Virus record (IMG/VR): IMGVR_UViG_3300026518_000009
Span: 16,247 to 80,246 of that record
From: a virus
Strand: one strand, 5' to 3'
DNA: 64,000 nt
The notes below the pieces were generated by a model. The model had not been told where the DNA came from and ran no database searches. It saw only the letters and a list, made by a program, of their open reading frames with translations. The translations under genes were made by a program, and so were the position numbers. Positions 12,043 through 22,338 of this stretch are shown piece by piece; within the stretch, counting starts at the first letter, position 1; every line of letters begins with the position of its first letter.

Positions 12043-12354
12043 TTAATTAACATTAATATAATCAATATATTTAATTTCATTAAGTCTTTCATTTGTTAAT
12101 CTACTTTTCCATAAATGTATAACTTTTTTAGCAGCATTAATATTAGTAAACCCATAAGTTCTATTAATAGTTTTATATAAACTATTAATGTCATCAGTAA
12201 AATTACCATTTTTATCAACTGCTGATATTGATTTCCAATATCTTTTTCTAAATATTCCAATAGTAGTATTTGATAATTGAGGATAATATAATTTTTTACC
12301 ACTATATTGTTCTTCTACTTTAATTCTAAAAATTGGTTTAGCTTTATAAATCAT
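12043..12354 (-). CDS. hypothetical protein
   Basis: 103-aa ORF, last in the leftward operon. Confidence 0.65.
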   Translation of the reverse strand: MIYKAKPIFRIKVEEQYSGKKLYYPQLSNTTIGIFRKRYWKSISAVDKNGNFTDDINSLYKTINRTYGFTNINAAKKVIHLWKSRLTNERLNEIKYIDYINVN

Positions 12355-12380
12355 AATAATAATATTTAAAATCTATTTAT

Positions 12381-12788
12381 TTACTTATCCTTACTATTAG
12401 TATTAGTAATAGAATTTGAATCATCTCCTATTACAGTATTGCCATCATATGGTTTAATTAAACCATCATATGTACCAGATATATCACGTTTTTTAGTATG
12501 TAATTCATCTTGTGGGTTTAAAGCTTCTGATAATTTATCTAATTTATTATTAATATCTATTTGCTCTAATTCTTTGGCTTTATTAATCCACCACTGTTCT
12601 TTAGCTAAATCAATATTAATATCATCTTTCTTACCAGCTCTCATCCTATAAAAAAATGCTGTTACATAACAAACATCTATCATTTTTTCTACACCCCAAA
12701 TCTTGATAGCCATGTTGATAGCTTCAATTGGATATGAATTATAATAATTAGGATGATTAATTGTGTTTAATGTTTTATTGTTATCCAT
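12381..12788 (-). CDS. DUF3310 (SaV-like / T7 gp1.7-like) protein
   Basis: INHPNYYN..IEAI...YRMRAGKK...DLAKEQWW pattern. Confidence 0.8.
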   Translation of the reverse strand: MDNNKTLNTINHPNYYNSYPIEAINMAIKIWGVEKMIDVCYVTAFFYRMRAGKKDDINIDLAKEQWWINKAKELEQIDINNKLDKLSEALNPQDELHTKKRDISGTYDGLIKPYDGNTVIGDDSNSITNTNSKDK

Positions 12789-12789
12789 A

Positions 12790-13233
12790 TTAATTGAATT
12801 TATAATAATTAAATCTATGTTTTATTGTATTTATATAATTTTTATTTATATGTTCTCTTTCACATAATGTTATTATATTAGATACAATAATATAATTTTT
12901 TATATCTATAGTTTTTAAAGTAGATAATTTATATTCTATTAATGCCATAATTGTATTTTTAGGAATGGTATTATTATCATTAAAATTATTAATAATATTA
13001 TGTATGTATATTAAAGTATCATATTCTACTTTAGCATTTTGAAAATTAATTGTTTCAAAAGTATATACACTATTTTTAACTTGATAATATGTAATGAATT
13101 TAGAACCTTTTGTAATTACCACTCTATTAAAATATACATTATTTTTATATTTAATTAGATATACTTCCTTATTACTTAATACACTATCTGATACCAGTGT
13201 GTCCAAAGCCTCCTGTACCTCTTTCTGTCTCAT
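12790..13233 (-). CDS. hypothetical protein (true start probably near 13184)
   Basis: ORF fills the gap between dut and DUF3310; its first 16 codons overlap dut. Confidence 0.55.
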   Translation of the reverse strand: MRQKEVQEALDTLVSDSVLSNKEVYLIKYKNNVYFNRVVITKGSKFITYYQVKNSVYTFETINFQNAKVEYDTLIYIHNIINNFNDNNTIPKNTIMALIEYKLSTLKTIDIKNYIIVSNIITLCEREHINKNYINTIKHRFNYYKFN

Positions 13234-13660
13234 CTAATTTATCTACTTTATTAAATTGTATTCTACTATATTCTTGTAAAACAAATTGTCCAATTCTATC
13301 ACCATTTTTTATTATGATATCTTTATTACTAGAATTATAAACCAGTAAATTACATTCACCTCTATAATCTGAATCAATAACTCCTACTCCATTAGTTATC
13401 ATCAATCCTTTTTTATAAGCTAATCCACTTCTAGCATGAACTTTAATGACATATCCTACTGGAATACTCATATATAAACCAGTGTGAACCATAGTTCTTT
13501 GTCCTGGTTTTAATTTATAAGCATAATTATTATCTAATATACAGTTATTAGTTTCATGTGTTATATATGCTTTAACATCTACTCCAGCACTACCTAAAGT
13601 AGCGTATGTAGGAGTATCATTATTACTTTTATTTACTATTTTAACATCTATTATTTCCAT
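13184..13660 (-). CDS. dut: dUTPase (trimeric)
   Basis: All five motifs: SAGVD, ARSGLA, GVIDSDYRGE, DRIGQ, ERGTGGFGHTG. Confidence 0.97.
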   Translation of the reverse strand: MEIIDVKIVNKSNNDTPTYATLGSAGVDVKAYITHETNNCILDNNYAYKLKPGQRTMVHTGLYMSIPVGYVIKVHARSGLAYKKGLMITNGVGVIDSDYRGECNLLVYNSSNKDIIIKNGDRIGQFVLQEYSRIQFNKVDKLDETERGTGGFGHTGIR

Positions 13661-13882
13661 TTATTTATTATTTTTTAAATTATTTAATCTTTTCTTTTCA
13701 TTATTTAATTTATAATCTATTATAATATCTATTATATCAAATATAGCATTTATTAAGAAATATATACCTACTATTATAATAATACTTTTTGATATTAATT
13801 CAGGAGTATAAATAAATTCTATTCCACATATAAGATACCCAATAATTTTAAATAATTCTATTATTTTCTTTGCTTTTGTCAT
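13661..13882 (-). CDS. small membrane protein
   Basis: Two hydrophobic segments; abuts dut. Confidence 0.6.
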   Translation of the reverse strand: MTKAKKIIELFKIIGYLICGIEFIYTPELISKSIIIIVGIYFLINAIFDIIDIIIDYKLNNEKKRLNNLKNNK

Positions 13883-14144
13883 TATTAATTATTTTAATTA
13901 TATTAGTTTTTAATTTATATCCTAATGGTTCACAATTAAAATCAGTACCAAATATTGATAATTTATCTAGATTATTTTTAAAATAATTATCTATTTCTTC
14001 AACAGTATTATTTGGTGCTATTTCTTTATTAGGAAATAATATATCAACACTACCAATTCTAACATTAGAATCTACTTGCTTATAAACTGGTCTATTCCAA
14101 TCATCAATTCCTTCAAATTTAAATTTTTTAATATTAATATTCAT
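13848..14144 (-). CDS. hypothetical phage protein
   Basis: 98-aa ORF with GIDDWNRPVYK motif; operon packing. Confidence 0.7.
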   Translation of the reverse strand: MNINIKKFKFEGIDDWNRPVYKQVDSNVRIGSVDILFPNKEIAPNNTVEEIDNYFKNNLDKLSIFGTDFNCEPLGYKLKTNIIKIINNDKSKENNRII

Positions 14145-14386
14145 TATTGATATTGTTTAACTTGTTTAGCAAAATCATCACAATAAGTATATAAATTACT
14201 AGGAGTTAAATATCCATTAATATTATCTATTTTAAATTGTTCATATTCAATTCTATTTTTACATTTCCATAATTGTAATCTAGTTCCAGATATAGCACTA
14301 GGAATATCTAATCTAATTTCATCGTTAGAATTTATTGTTACAATTACATTATCAATTACTTTTCTAGCTATTACCTTTTTTCTCAT
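14144..14386 (-). CDS. hypothetical protein
   Basis: 80-aa ORF, stop/start overlap with the next gene. Confidence 0.65.
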   Translation of the reverse strand: MRKKVIARKVIDNVIVTINSNDEIRLDIPSAISGTRLQLWKCKNRIEYEQFKIDNINGYLTPSNLYTYCDDFAKQVKQYQ

Positions 14387-14456
14387 TATTTTGTAAGCTT
14401 AATTGTAAAATCTAATTTAAATAAATTATACATAAATATTTATATAATATCTATTT

Positions 14457-15491
14457 TTATACTAGTAGCTCCTGTGCTAATACTAATGCTTTATTATTTA
14501 GTTTATTATCACTACCTCCTAATACAAGTGACTCCATTTTTTTATCTTCACTAGTATATTTTTTTATATTAGATAAATAACCAGTAATTGCATTATATAC
14601 TCCAAATCCTGTTCCAATAATATTATCTTGACCTACACCAACTTGATAATATTTCATAATATCTAATAGTATATTCTTTTTTCTAGTAGATATTACATCT
14701 GAATAATTAAGTTTAACTTTTTCTTGTTTAAATGATAAATATTCTTCTCTATTAAGAATTACTTTTGTAAAATAATCGTTAGCTTCTTTATCATCTATTT
14801 TAATATTAGTTAATTTTTTATATAATTCTTCATTTTCTTGAGTAATAGTTTTACTAATTTGAAGAATATTACTAGCATCACTTATTTTATCATGAACATT
14901 TGTTGTATGTCTAAGATTAAATTTAAATTTAGCTTGACTATATCCATATGCTAATGTATTTTGACATACTACTCTAATTGGAGTAAGAAATATACTAACT
15001 GATCTACTACCGTCATGAGAAATACTAACTACTAAATAATTTTCAATAGTATCATATCCATTTAATATAATATAATATGGAAGTTTAGCTGTAATAAATA
15101 CTACTTCACCATTACCTAATGCTCCAGCTGTTTCATAAATAGCTTTATCTTTTCCAACAATACTATCCATAAATTTAAATGCCTCAGTATTTTGCACTAT
15201 CTCATATCTGTCACTAACAGTTCCAAATATATCTAATGTATCAGTACGATATGTAGCAAAAGTATTTTCTACTTGTTTACCTTTTATACCTGTAGTATCT
15301 TTAATATAGTTGTTAAATTTAGCATATATTGGAGCTTTATCAATAGTATAATCTAAATTAGCTAGTTTTATTGCTTCTTTACTTGTCATAGCATCATCTA
15401 CAATGGTACCTAGTTTATGCCAAGCAGGTTCTTTGTGTGATACAAAACTATAAGTTCCTTTTTCTTTATTAAAATTTATATTTGCACTCAT
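14457..15491 (-). CDS. DUF932/DUF945-family phage protein
   Basis: EPAWHKLG, YEIVQNTEAF, ETAGALGNG, SHDGS, TPIRVVCQNTL, LRHT motifs. Confidence 0.9.
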   Translation of the reverse strand: MSANINFNKEKGTYSFVSHKEPAWHKLGTIVDDAMTSKEAIKLANLDYTIDKAPIYAKFNNYIKDTTGIKGKQVENTFATYRTDTLDIFGTVSDRYEIVQNTEAFKFMDSIVGKDKAIYETAGALGNGEVVFITAKLPYYIILNGYDTIENYLVVSISHDGSRSVSIFLTPIRVVCQNTLAYGYSQAKFKFNLRHTTNVHDKISDASNILQISKTITQENEELYKKLTNIKIDDKEANDYFTKVILNREEYLSFKQEKVKLNYSDVISTRKKNILLDIMKYYQVGVGQDNIIGTGFGVYNAITGYLSNIKKYTSEDKKMESLVLGGSDNKLNNKALVLAQELLV

Positions 15492-15518
15492 TTTATTTTA
15501 TATTAATAATTAATTATT

Positions 15519-15797
15519 TTACTTAATATCTACATTGTATGTTCCAGTATTATATAATAAATTACCATTTTTATTTGTACCATCAAATGTAACCCACGGA
15601 TATGATGGATATGGAGGATATATCGGAGTATCTATTATTATTGGACTCATCCATTTACTAATTACCTCTGTAATTAATGTAAAGCTTTTCCATTCCCTGT
15701 TAGGAAATAATTTATCTAATATATCAATTAATACTCCGAATTGTACATTTTCTAATATATTTATAGTTTTATTGTCTGTATCTATTTGTAATTTCAT
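15519..15797 (-). CDS. hypothetical protein
   Basis: 92-aa ORF, ATGA-type overlap with the upstream gene. Confidence 0.65.
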   Translation of the reverse strand: MKLQIDTDNKTINILENVQFGVLIDILDKLFPNREWKSFTLITEVISKWMSPIIIDTPIYPPYPSYPWVTFDGTNKNGNLLYNTGTYNVDIK

Positions 15798-16108
15798 TTT
15801 ACTAAGTTTTCTAAATCCTCTAATTTAATATTATCTATATTATTAATAAGAAATTCATATTTCATTTTATTAATTAATCTATCTGGTTTAATAATCAATA
15901 CTGTAGAATTATCTTTACTTCTATATATACTTTCATTTATAGAATTAAACATATCAATATCTACATTTTGTAGATGAGTAAGTATCATTTTAAACTTACT
16001 TTCATTTGGCCATATGTTACTATCATCAGTATATAAGAAGTTATCTATAACCATAATAACTTCTTTTCTGTCCACTTTATATGGAGTAATTAATTCACTT
16101 ATTGTCAT
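15794..16108 (-). CDS. hypothetical protein
   Basis: 104-aa ORF, operon packing. Confidence 0.65.
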   Translation of the reverse strand: MTISELITPYKVDRKEVIMVIDNFLYTDDSNIWPNESKFKMILTHLQNVDIDMFNSINESIYRSKDNSTVLIIKPDRLINKMKYEFLINNIDNIKLEDLENLVK

Positions 16109-16505
16109 CTTTTTTACAATTAATTATATTAAAATTATTTACTGTAAATATATAACTATCATATTTAATTATGCCTTTACCATTAATATTAATATTATAA
16201 TCAACATTATTGTTATATTTTAATACATATAATAAATCATTTCTAGCTTTATTAATAATGCTAAATAATGAGTTACTCAATCCTTTGGTAATATCTATAT
16301 CTGTAATAGATATATCAGATATTTTAATATAATTTAATAAAGCATATTCATTAATAGTTAAATTATATTTAGTATTTTTTCGTTGTAATCTATGTAATTT
16401 AATACTATTTCTAGCTTTTACAGCTTTATATCTACTAATTCTAGTAGTAAGTATTCTATTTACACGTTGTAAATGATTTATATCATTAATTATTTCTTGC
16501 TGCAT
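16095..16505 (-). CDS. hypothetical protein
   Basis: 136-aa ORF, operon packing. Confidence 0.6.
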   Translation of the reverse strand: MQQEIINDINHLQRVNRILTTRISRYKAVKARNSIKLHRLQRKNTKYNLTINEYALLNYIKISDISITDIDITKGLSNSLFSIINKARNDLLYVLKYNNNVDYNININGKGIIKYDSYIFTVNNFNIINCKKDDNK

Positions 16506-16647
16506 CTCTTTCTATTCCTGTTTGAAGATTAAATATTGCGTCCTTAATATTTCCTAGCAATAATAGAATATGTATATTATTAGTTTTTTCATATTCTATC
16601 ATTGCTAAGTCATATATATATTGTAATTCTTTTAATAATTCTATCAT
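16486..16647 (-). CDS. small hypothetical protein (53 aa, not in ORF track)
   Basis: Read manually: MIELLKELQYIYDLAMIEYEKTNNIHILLLLGNIKDAIFNLQTGIERDAARNN; ATGA overlap with the upstream gene and fills the gap. Confidence 0.6.
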   Translation of the reverse strand: MIELLKELQYIYDLAMIEYEKTNNIHILLLLGNIKDAIFNLQTGIERDAARNN

Positions 16648-16937
16648 CGTTCTATATTTGGTAAATTATTAATAGATCGAATGTAGTTTATACACTCTAA
16701 CATTGTGTTAGGATTAATATCTTTATAATTAGTCATAGTATATTTTATTACATCTGTAAAATTATTAATATTAGCAATTTCAATATGTGATATTTCAGCA
16801 GGATATTTAAAATTATTATATGAAATGAATGCTGTATAATTTGTAGATACTGGAATTGCCAAATATTCATATCTAGTCATATCACCTGGTTCAGATATAA
16901 TTTTATTTACTATAACTTTAGTTATTCTTCTACTCAT
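16644..16937 (-). CDS. hypothetical protein
   Basis: 97-aa ORF with EPGDMTRYEY motif. Confidence 0.65.
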   Translation of the reverse strand: MSRRITKVIVNKIISEPGDMTRYEYLAIPVSTNYTAFISYNNFKYPAEISHIEIANINNFTDVIKYTMTNYKDINPNTMLECINYIRSINNLPNIER

Positions 16938-16939
16938 AA

Positions 16940-17516
16940 TTATTTAATTATAATATTATCATCTCTAATTAACGAAGCATTTTCTATCTCTACACCACTT
17001 TTTTAAGTCAGCTTTCAAAGCACGTTTATCAACAGTAACATTATATTTTACATCTTTTAATTTAAGTGTATTTACTATTAAATTAAAACTATCCATACTT
17101 AATAAGTCATTTAATTTATATTTCATATAATCTGCATTATAGAAATTCTCATCTACTTTAACAACTTCATTTTTTCTAGTATAAAATTTAATAGTACCAT
17201 AATCAATAACTCTATTTCCTGACTTACCAACTTCACCAAATAGCACAACTGCATCTCTTATTGCAGTCTTTAGTCTTGTTTTAGTATTTTGTTTAACTTC
17301 TTTGAGTTTTCTAAGTCTATCAATTTCATCATCAATCATTTTAATTTCACCATCTAATTTCTTAATTACATAATAATATGATTTAAGTTTATCTTCTAAA
17401 TCATCTTCTGTAATTTTAAGTTCTTTTGCATCTTCATCCTCAAGAACTCCATCATTTTCTTCAATCTGGTTAAGAAGTTGAAGATATTTATCTTCTATGT
17501 TATATAAACTAGCCAT
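16940..17516 (-). CDS. Siphovirus Gp157-like protein (apparent +1 frameshift near the 3' end)
   Basis: MASLYNI..., coiled coil, DKRALKADLK. The family-like tail SGVEIENASLIRDDNIIIK* lies in another frame and ends at 16940; the in-frame ORF stops at 16965. Confidence 0.8.
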
Positions 17517-17519
17517 TTG

Positions 17520-18065
17520 TTATAATTTTATATGATTAATACTTATATGATTAATTGCAAATTTAATTGCATCTCTATTTAATTTAATTGTATCTATAAA
17601 ATAAATTTTACTATCAAATTTATAATTATTTAATTGTTTAATAAGTTTAGATGGAATAATAACTTTAGTATTCTTACAAATTGACATTGTTTTATTTTTA
17701 ACTATTGAAGTATTAATAATTCTGATAGTATAATAATTATTACGTTTTAATGTTCTTTTTAATTTAGTAATAATTCTTTTATCATTAACTCTAATAAATG
17801 TTATTTTACTATTTAATGATAATTTATCTAATAATATTTTAAATGTTAAATCATTAAATTTATCAGTAATTGTAGTAACTTTATCAATCATTTTTGTTGT
17901 ATTGGTATTTGTTGGACTTAATATAGTATTAAACATTTTAGATACAATATTATATTTAATTTCATCATAATCTAATGCTCTAACATTTGGTATTTTATTT
18001 CTAATTGAATTAAGAAATAACTTATAAATATTATTATCATCACAACTAATTATATATACTTTCAT
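17520..18065 (-). CDS. hypothetical protein, possibly a degenerate dNMP-kinase-like fold
   Basis: Pattern MKVYIIS...EIK...KFND..F...ITFIRVND...YTIRI...NYKFD recalls phage dNMP kinases, but there is no Walker A. Confidence 0.6.
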   Translation of the reverse strand: MKVYIISCDDNNIYKLFLNSIRNKIPNVRALDYDEIKYNIVSKMFNTILSPTNTNTTKMIDKVTTITDKFNDLTFKILLDKLSLNSKITFIRVNDKRIITKLKRTLKRNNYYTIRIINTSIVKNKTMSICKNTKVIIPSKLIKQLNNYKFDSKIYFIDTIKLNRDAIKFAINHISINHIKL

Positions 18066-19066
18066 AGATTTAATAATTTAGTAAATTCATTATGTGTTTG
18101 AACAAAACCAGCAGCTCCTTTATGACCACCTCCTCCATATTGCTTAGCAATTAGACTACAATCTATATTTCCATTATCATTATATAAACTCCAAGTCCAT
18201 TTACCATTCTTAAACCAAAAACAAGCAAATCCATCATATCCATCTTTATGATAATCTATACCAAAATTAATAGGATTAAAGCGTTCTTGATTAACTACTA
18301 AAAATTTAACTGGCTTATAAGCATATTTACCATTTATATAACCATTTTTAACATTAACTGAAAAATTAATTTTAAATGCTTTACTATAAATTTGTTTAGC
18401 TTCTGTACAAAGATATTTATAAATATTTTTACCTATTCCCCATATAATTTGTAAACTCATTCTACTAATTATATTATTTGTAGTTTTTAACAACCAAATA
18501 TAAGCATCTTCATAATTACTTATTATTTGTCTAGCACCATATTGAAATTCTAATACTTTTTGTTCTTCATTAGTTCCTTTATGTCTAAAACTATCATACA
18601 TACCTAATAATCTAACTATTTCAGGCATTTTATCATTAGGATAAAAATAACTCCAAGTTAATTCACAAGCTGCATAACTGGTATTACTAATTCCATCCAT
18701 TGGAACATCTCCATTTCTACTTTTAGATTTAATATCATTTATAGCTGATTTATGATGATCTATATAAATAAACTTCTTATTTAACATTTTAAATTGTTCA
18801 TGTATATTAACCATTTCTAATCCACTAAAACTAACATCCACCATTATTATAGTATCATATTTAGTTAATATATTATCTTCTGGAACTTTGTCACCATAAT
18901 CATATCCATACATAGTTAGCATATCAGGAGAGAAAGTATTTATTTTATCTCCATAATTAATAATAATTGGTACTGTTGTACTTTGTTTTTTAAACCATTT
19001 CTTAATTATTGCTGCTGACATCCAACCATCTAAATCTCTACTATGATATATACATATTGTTTTCAT
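18062..19066 (-). CDS. DHH/DHHA1 phosphoesterase
   Basis: YHSRDLDG, VDVSF, IDHH, GGGGHKGAAGF. Confidence 0.93.
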   Translation of the reverse strand: MKTICIYHSRDLDGWMSAAIIKKWFKKQSTTVPIIINYGDKINTFSPDMLTMYGYDYGDKVPEDNILTKYDTIIMVDVSFSGLEMVNIHEQFKMLNKKFIYIDHHKSAINDIKSKSRNGDVPMDGISNTSYAACELTWSYFYPNDKMPEIVRLLGMYDSFRHKGTNEEQKVLEFQYGARQIISNYEDAYIWLLKTTNNIISRMSLQIIWGIGKNIYKYLCTEAKQIYSKAFKINFSVNVKNGYINGKYAYKPVKFLVVNQERFNPINFGIDYHKDGYDGFACFWFKNGKWTWSLYNDNGNIDCSLIAKQYGGGGHKGAAGFVQTHNEFTKLLNL

Positions 19067-19071
19067 TTTAT

Positions 19072-19260
19072 TTATCTTATTAAATTTAAATTATATAATA
19101 CTTGTAGTGCAGCCAATATTTCAACTACAAAAATTATCCATAATATATTATCATCAATATTTTTATTATATTTATCATTTATATAATCTATTAGTTTAAA
19201 AAAACTTATTGTTGTACCAATGATAATTATAATAGATATTGTTCCTATTAATAAAATCAT
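19072..19260 (-). CDS. small membrane protein
   Basis: Two hydrophobic helices, 62 aa. Confidence 0.6.
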   Translation of the reverse strand: MILLIGTISIIIIIGTTISFFKLIDYINDKYNKNIDDNILWIIFVVEILAALQVLYNLNLIR

Positions 19261-20573
19261 AGCTCTACTTGTAAATCATTTATATCCATATCAAAACTAT
19301 CACGTATTCTACCAACTGCATGAAATGGTAATCCAGTTATTGTTCTTTCATAATATGTAGCAGTTACATATTTTCCAATATAATTATCTTTATTTCCTAA
19401 TAATTCTTTCCTTATTTCTTCATTACCTTCAGGTGTACATTCAAACGTTTTATCATTAATATCATTTTCAAGAATAAATGTAATGTATGTTCTAATATTA
19501 TCTTCATTCTTTTTAATAATATCAATTATTTTAAATTCTCCTGATAATAATTTTTTAAGTTTAATCATATTAGTTTTTCTACCACCAAACATATATTCTG
19601 CATCAAACTCTCTTAATATTATACCTTCAAATCCACTATTTAGTGCAGATTCAAGATAATTATATACTTCATTAAGATTATATGCTATTACATGACCTAC
19701 ATTAATAATACTACTAGGGGTACCGCTATTTAATATAAATCTATTATATGCTGCAATATAATTTAAGTTAGTAGTTCCATGAAGTATATTATTTTTATAT
19801 AATATTCTTTCTTGCTGTGACATATCAGGTATGCTTAAATCAAAACAATAAAAACTAACCTTATTACTGTCTAATGAATGTTTACTTATTTTACCATTTT
19901 TAATTATAGGTATTCTACGTCTAATATTACTAAGTAATTCTCCATGATTGTACAATTCTCCATCTAATACTATATTATCTTTAAATAATGATTCATTTAA
20001 ATTAGTAATATGTGGAAGATTATATTCTAATCCTTCTTTAGATAATAATTTAATTTTAGGTGTATTATTACTAAATAAATTATTATTATCTAAATCTTTT
20101 ATCATTAATAATGTACTTCTAACACCATTAATTTTAGGTTGTACTATGTAAGGAAAATGAAATTTCTTTACATTTTTAAATTGTACAGCTTTCATTGGTT
20201 TTAATACATTATTAGCATCTGTTTTATTTATAGATAATCTAGTATCTAATATATCATATAATCTACTTCCATTTAAGTCCAAAGTTGCTATATCATCACC
20301 AAGATCGGATAAATGTTTATATCCATGTTTAAGTTTATCTTTATATTTCGATTTAATTTCTTTTACAGCTTGTGTAAATGGAGTAGTAGCATTAGATTTA
20401 CCTATATTTTTACCAACAATTACATTCTTTGTGATTGTTCTAATATTTCCATCTAATTGACCAGTATTAATACTAATAGTAGCAAATTCATTTCTATCAG
20501 TTACATTAGCACTCCATACTATTACTTTACCATTTATATTTTTACTATATAATTCTCCAGTATAATATTTCAT
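19257..20573 (-). CDS. ATP-dependent DNA ligase with N-terminal WGR-like extension
   Basis: QPKINGVR (motif I), LDGELY, FDL, EGIILR, KLK; OB-fold C-terminus. Confidence 0.92.
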   Translation of the reverse strand: MKYYTGELYSKNINGKVIVWSANVTDRNEFATISINTGQLDGNIRTITKNVIVGKNIGKSNATTPFTQAVKEIKSKYKDKLKHGYKHLSDLGDDIATLDLNGSRLYDILDTRLSINKTDANNVLKPMKAVQFKNVKKFHFPYIVQPKINGVRSTLLMIKDLDNNNLFSNNTPKIKLLSKEGLEYNLPHITNLNESLFKDNIVLDGELYNHGELLSNIRRRIPIIKNGKISKHSLDSNKVSFYCFDLSIPDMSQQERILYKNNILHGTTNLNYIAAYNRFILNSGTPSSIINVGHVIAYNLNEVYNYLESALNSGFEGIILREFDAEYMFGGRKTNMIKLKKLLSGEFKIIDIIKKNEDNIRTYITFILENDINDKTFECTPEGNEEIRKELLGNKDNYIGKYVTATYYERTITGLPFHAVGRIRDSFDMDINDLQVEL

Positions 20574-21025
20574 AATGTTACATTTTTAATTTCTTCTAAT
20601 GTCTTATTTAATTTATGAGGAACTTTATAAATAATTACATATTTAGGATTATTAAATAATTGCATTAAACAATTCCAACTACTATGATAATCTACATGAA
20701 TAGGATTTCTAGTATTTCTGGTATAATCTTTAATACTAAAACATTCATAATGCTTTACAATAGTATCTTTATTATCTACTCCTTGTAATTTAGCATCTTT
20801 AACATGAATGTATTTAATATCAATTAATTTTGATAATGTTCCAGACTTAATATTAGAAGTATCACCATATGTTATAACATCAGTTATATCAAATGGATAA
20901 TTATCAAATTCTTCTTTTTTAAGATTATCTATTTTATTAACTTCTTCTTTAGATAATACTTGTAATACATAATCAAATCCATCTTTTATTTTAAATACTC
21001 CAACTTTGCCTTCAAATTTAATCAT
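20570..21025 (-). CDS. hypothetical protein
   Basis: 151-aa ORF overlapping both neighbours. Confidence 0.7.
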   Translation of the reverse strand: MIKFEGKVGVFKIKDGFDYVLQVLSKEEVNKIDNLKKEEFDNYPFDITDVITYGDTSNIKSGTLSKLIDIKYIHVKDAKLQGVDNKDTIVKHYECFSIKDYTRNTRNPIHVDYHSSWNCLMQLFNNPKYVIIYKVPHKLNKTLEEIKNVTL

Positions 21026-22250
21026 TTTTAAACATTTTATTAATTAGTTTAATACCATTACTTTTTCCATTATTAGTAAAGTATTCAAATAAATCTTTAC
21101 TATTATTTGTTCCACTATTATTTTTTATATATTGCTTAAACATATCTTCATATAATGTTATATTATTATTTATTTTCAATATTCGATTAAACATTAATCT
21201 TATTTCTCTAGATGTAAAACTATTTTTATTTAATTTATTTGTACCAATAAATACTGTTTTAATATCATATAATATATAATGATAAAATCCATTCATTATT
21301 CCTTCTTTATCAAAATCAACATTTATTATTATATTATTATACATTCTATATAATTCTTTTAATAAATCAGGAGTTAATCTAGCACTCTCACTATTAAAAC
21401 TAGTAACACAATATTGTAATGTATATTTGCTTGAAATACCAATATGAAAAAATATATCGTTATTTAAATTTGACTCTATATAATTTTCTATACTCTTACC
21501 ATATTTATCAAATAAATTACATTCTATCACCAATTTATCTTTTCTACTTTTAGTAATTATTAATGTATCAGCATTATATAATTCATATGGAGCTTGAAAT
21601 ATACTTGTATTATTAGTTTTAAACTTAAATTTTCTATCTTCAAATGGATTATATACCTGAAGTATATCTAAATTATCTTTTTTACCTAAATAATATACAT
21701 ATGCAGGATTACTTGATGTATATATGTATATTGGGTCAACCATATTATTAATCCATATAAATTGAGCTACATATACATCTCTATTATATAAATGATTAAG
21801 CGATACTCCTCCGTTATTCCAATACTCTATATTATCTATAGAGTAATTTCTAGCTTTAAATTTTATAATAGATTTAGTTCTATTTAGTTTATGAATTTGT
21901 TTAGACTTAACTGTATTACTTATTGTATTATTTTCTAATATTATATTACATATATTTATAAATCCTGATGTATCATTGCAATCATTGTTTGATAATAAGC
22001 CAACTAACTGAAATATATCACCTGAATATGTATTATTAGCCCAATCTTTCATTACTAATTTGCCATTATCATAAAACATAAATCCTAATGATGGATTAAT
22101 ATCATTTCTAAGAGGATTTCTAATTTTATTAGATGTATGTTCTAAACAATACTCTATATCTGAAATAGGTATATTTAGATATTTAGCAAATAATTGTATT
22201 TGATTGTAATTAATTAATATATGGTCTTTAATATTATTTGTTAGCTTCAT
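21018..22250 (-). CDS. crAss-like DNA primase
   Basis: IRNPLRNDINPSLGF...MKDW N-terminus; TOPRIM-like IITKSRKD...SES...DFDKEG...KDLFEY. Confidence 0.85.
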   Translation of the reverse strand: MKLTNNIKDHILINYNQIQLFAKYLNIPISDIEYCLEHTSNKIRNPLRNDINPSLGFMFYDNGKLVMKDWANNTYSGDIFQLVGLLSNNDCNDTSGFINICNIILENNTISNTVKSKQIHKLNRTKSIIKFKARNYSIDNIEYWNNGGVSLNHLYNRDVYVAQFIWINNMVDPIYIYTSSNPAYVYYLGKKDNLDILQVYNPFEDRKFKFKTNNTSIFQAPYELYNADTLIITKSRKDKLVIECNLFDKYGKSIENYIESNLNNDIFFHIGISSKYTLQYCVTSFNSESARLTPDLLKELYRMYNNIIINVDFDKEGIMNGFYHYILYDIKTVFIGTNKLNKNSFTSREIRLMFNRILKINNNITLYEDMFKQYIKNNSGTNNSKDLFEYFTNNGKSNGIKLINKMFKND

Positions 22251-22285
22251 TTAATATAGATTTATATTTAATTATAAAATAATTA

Positions 22286-22320
22286 CAAAAATAGGGGCAA
22301 GCTATATTACTTGCCCCTGT
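22286..22320 (-). terminator. Intrinsic terminator
   Basis: AGGGGCAAG/CTTGCCCCT 9-bp stem followed by a U-run on the minus strand. Confidence 0.85.
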
Positions 22321-22338
22321 TAAGTCCACTATTTGTTA

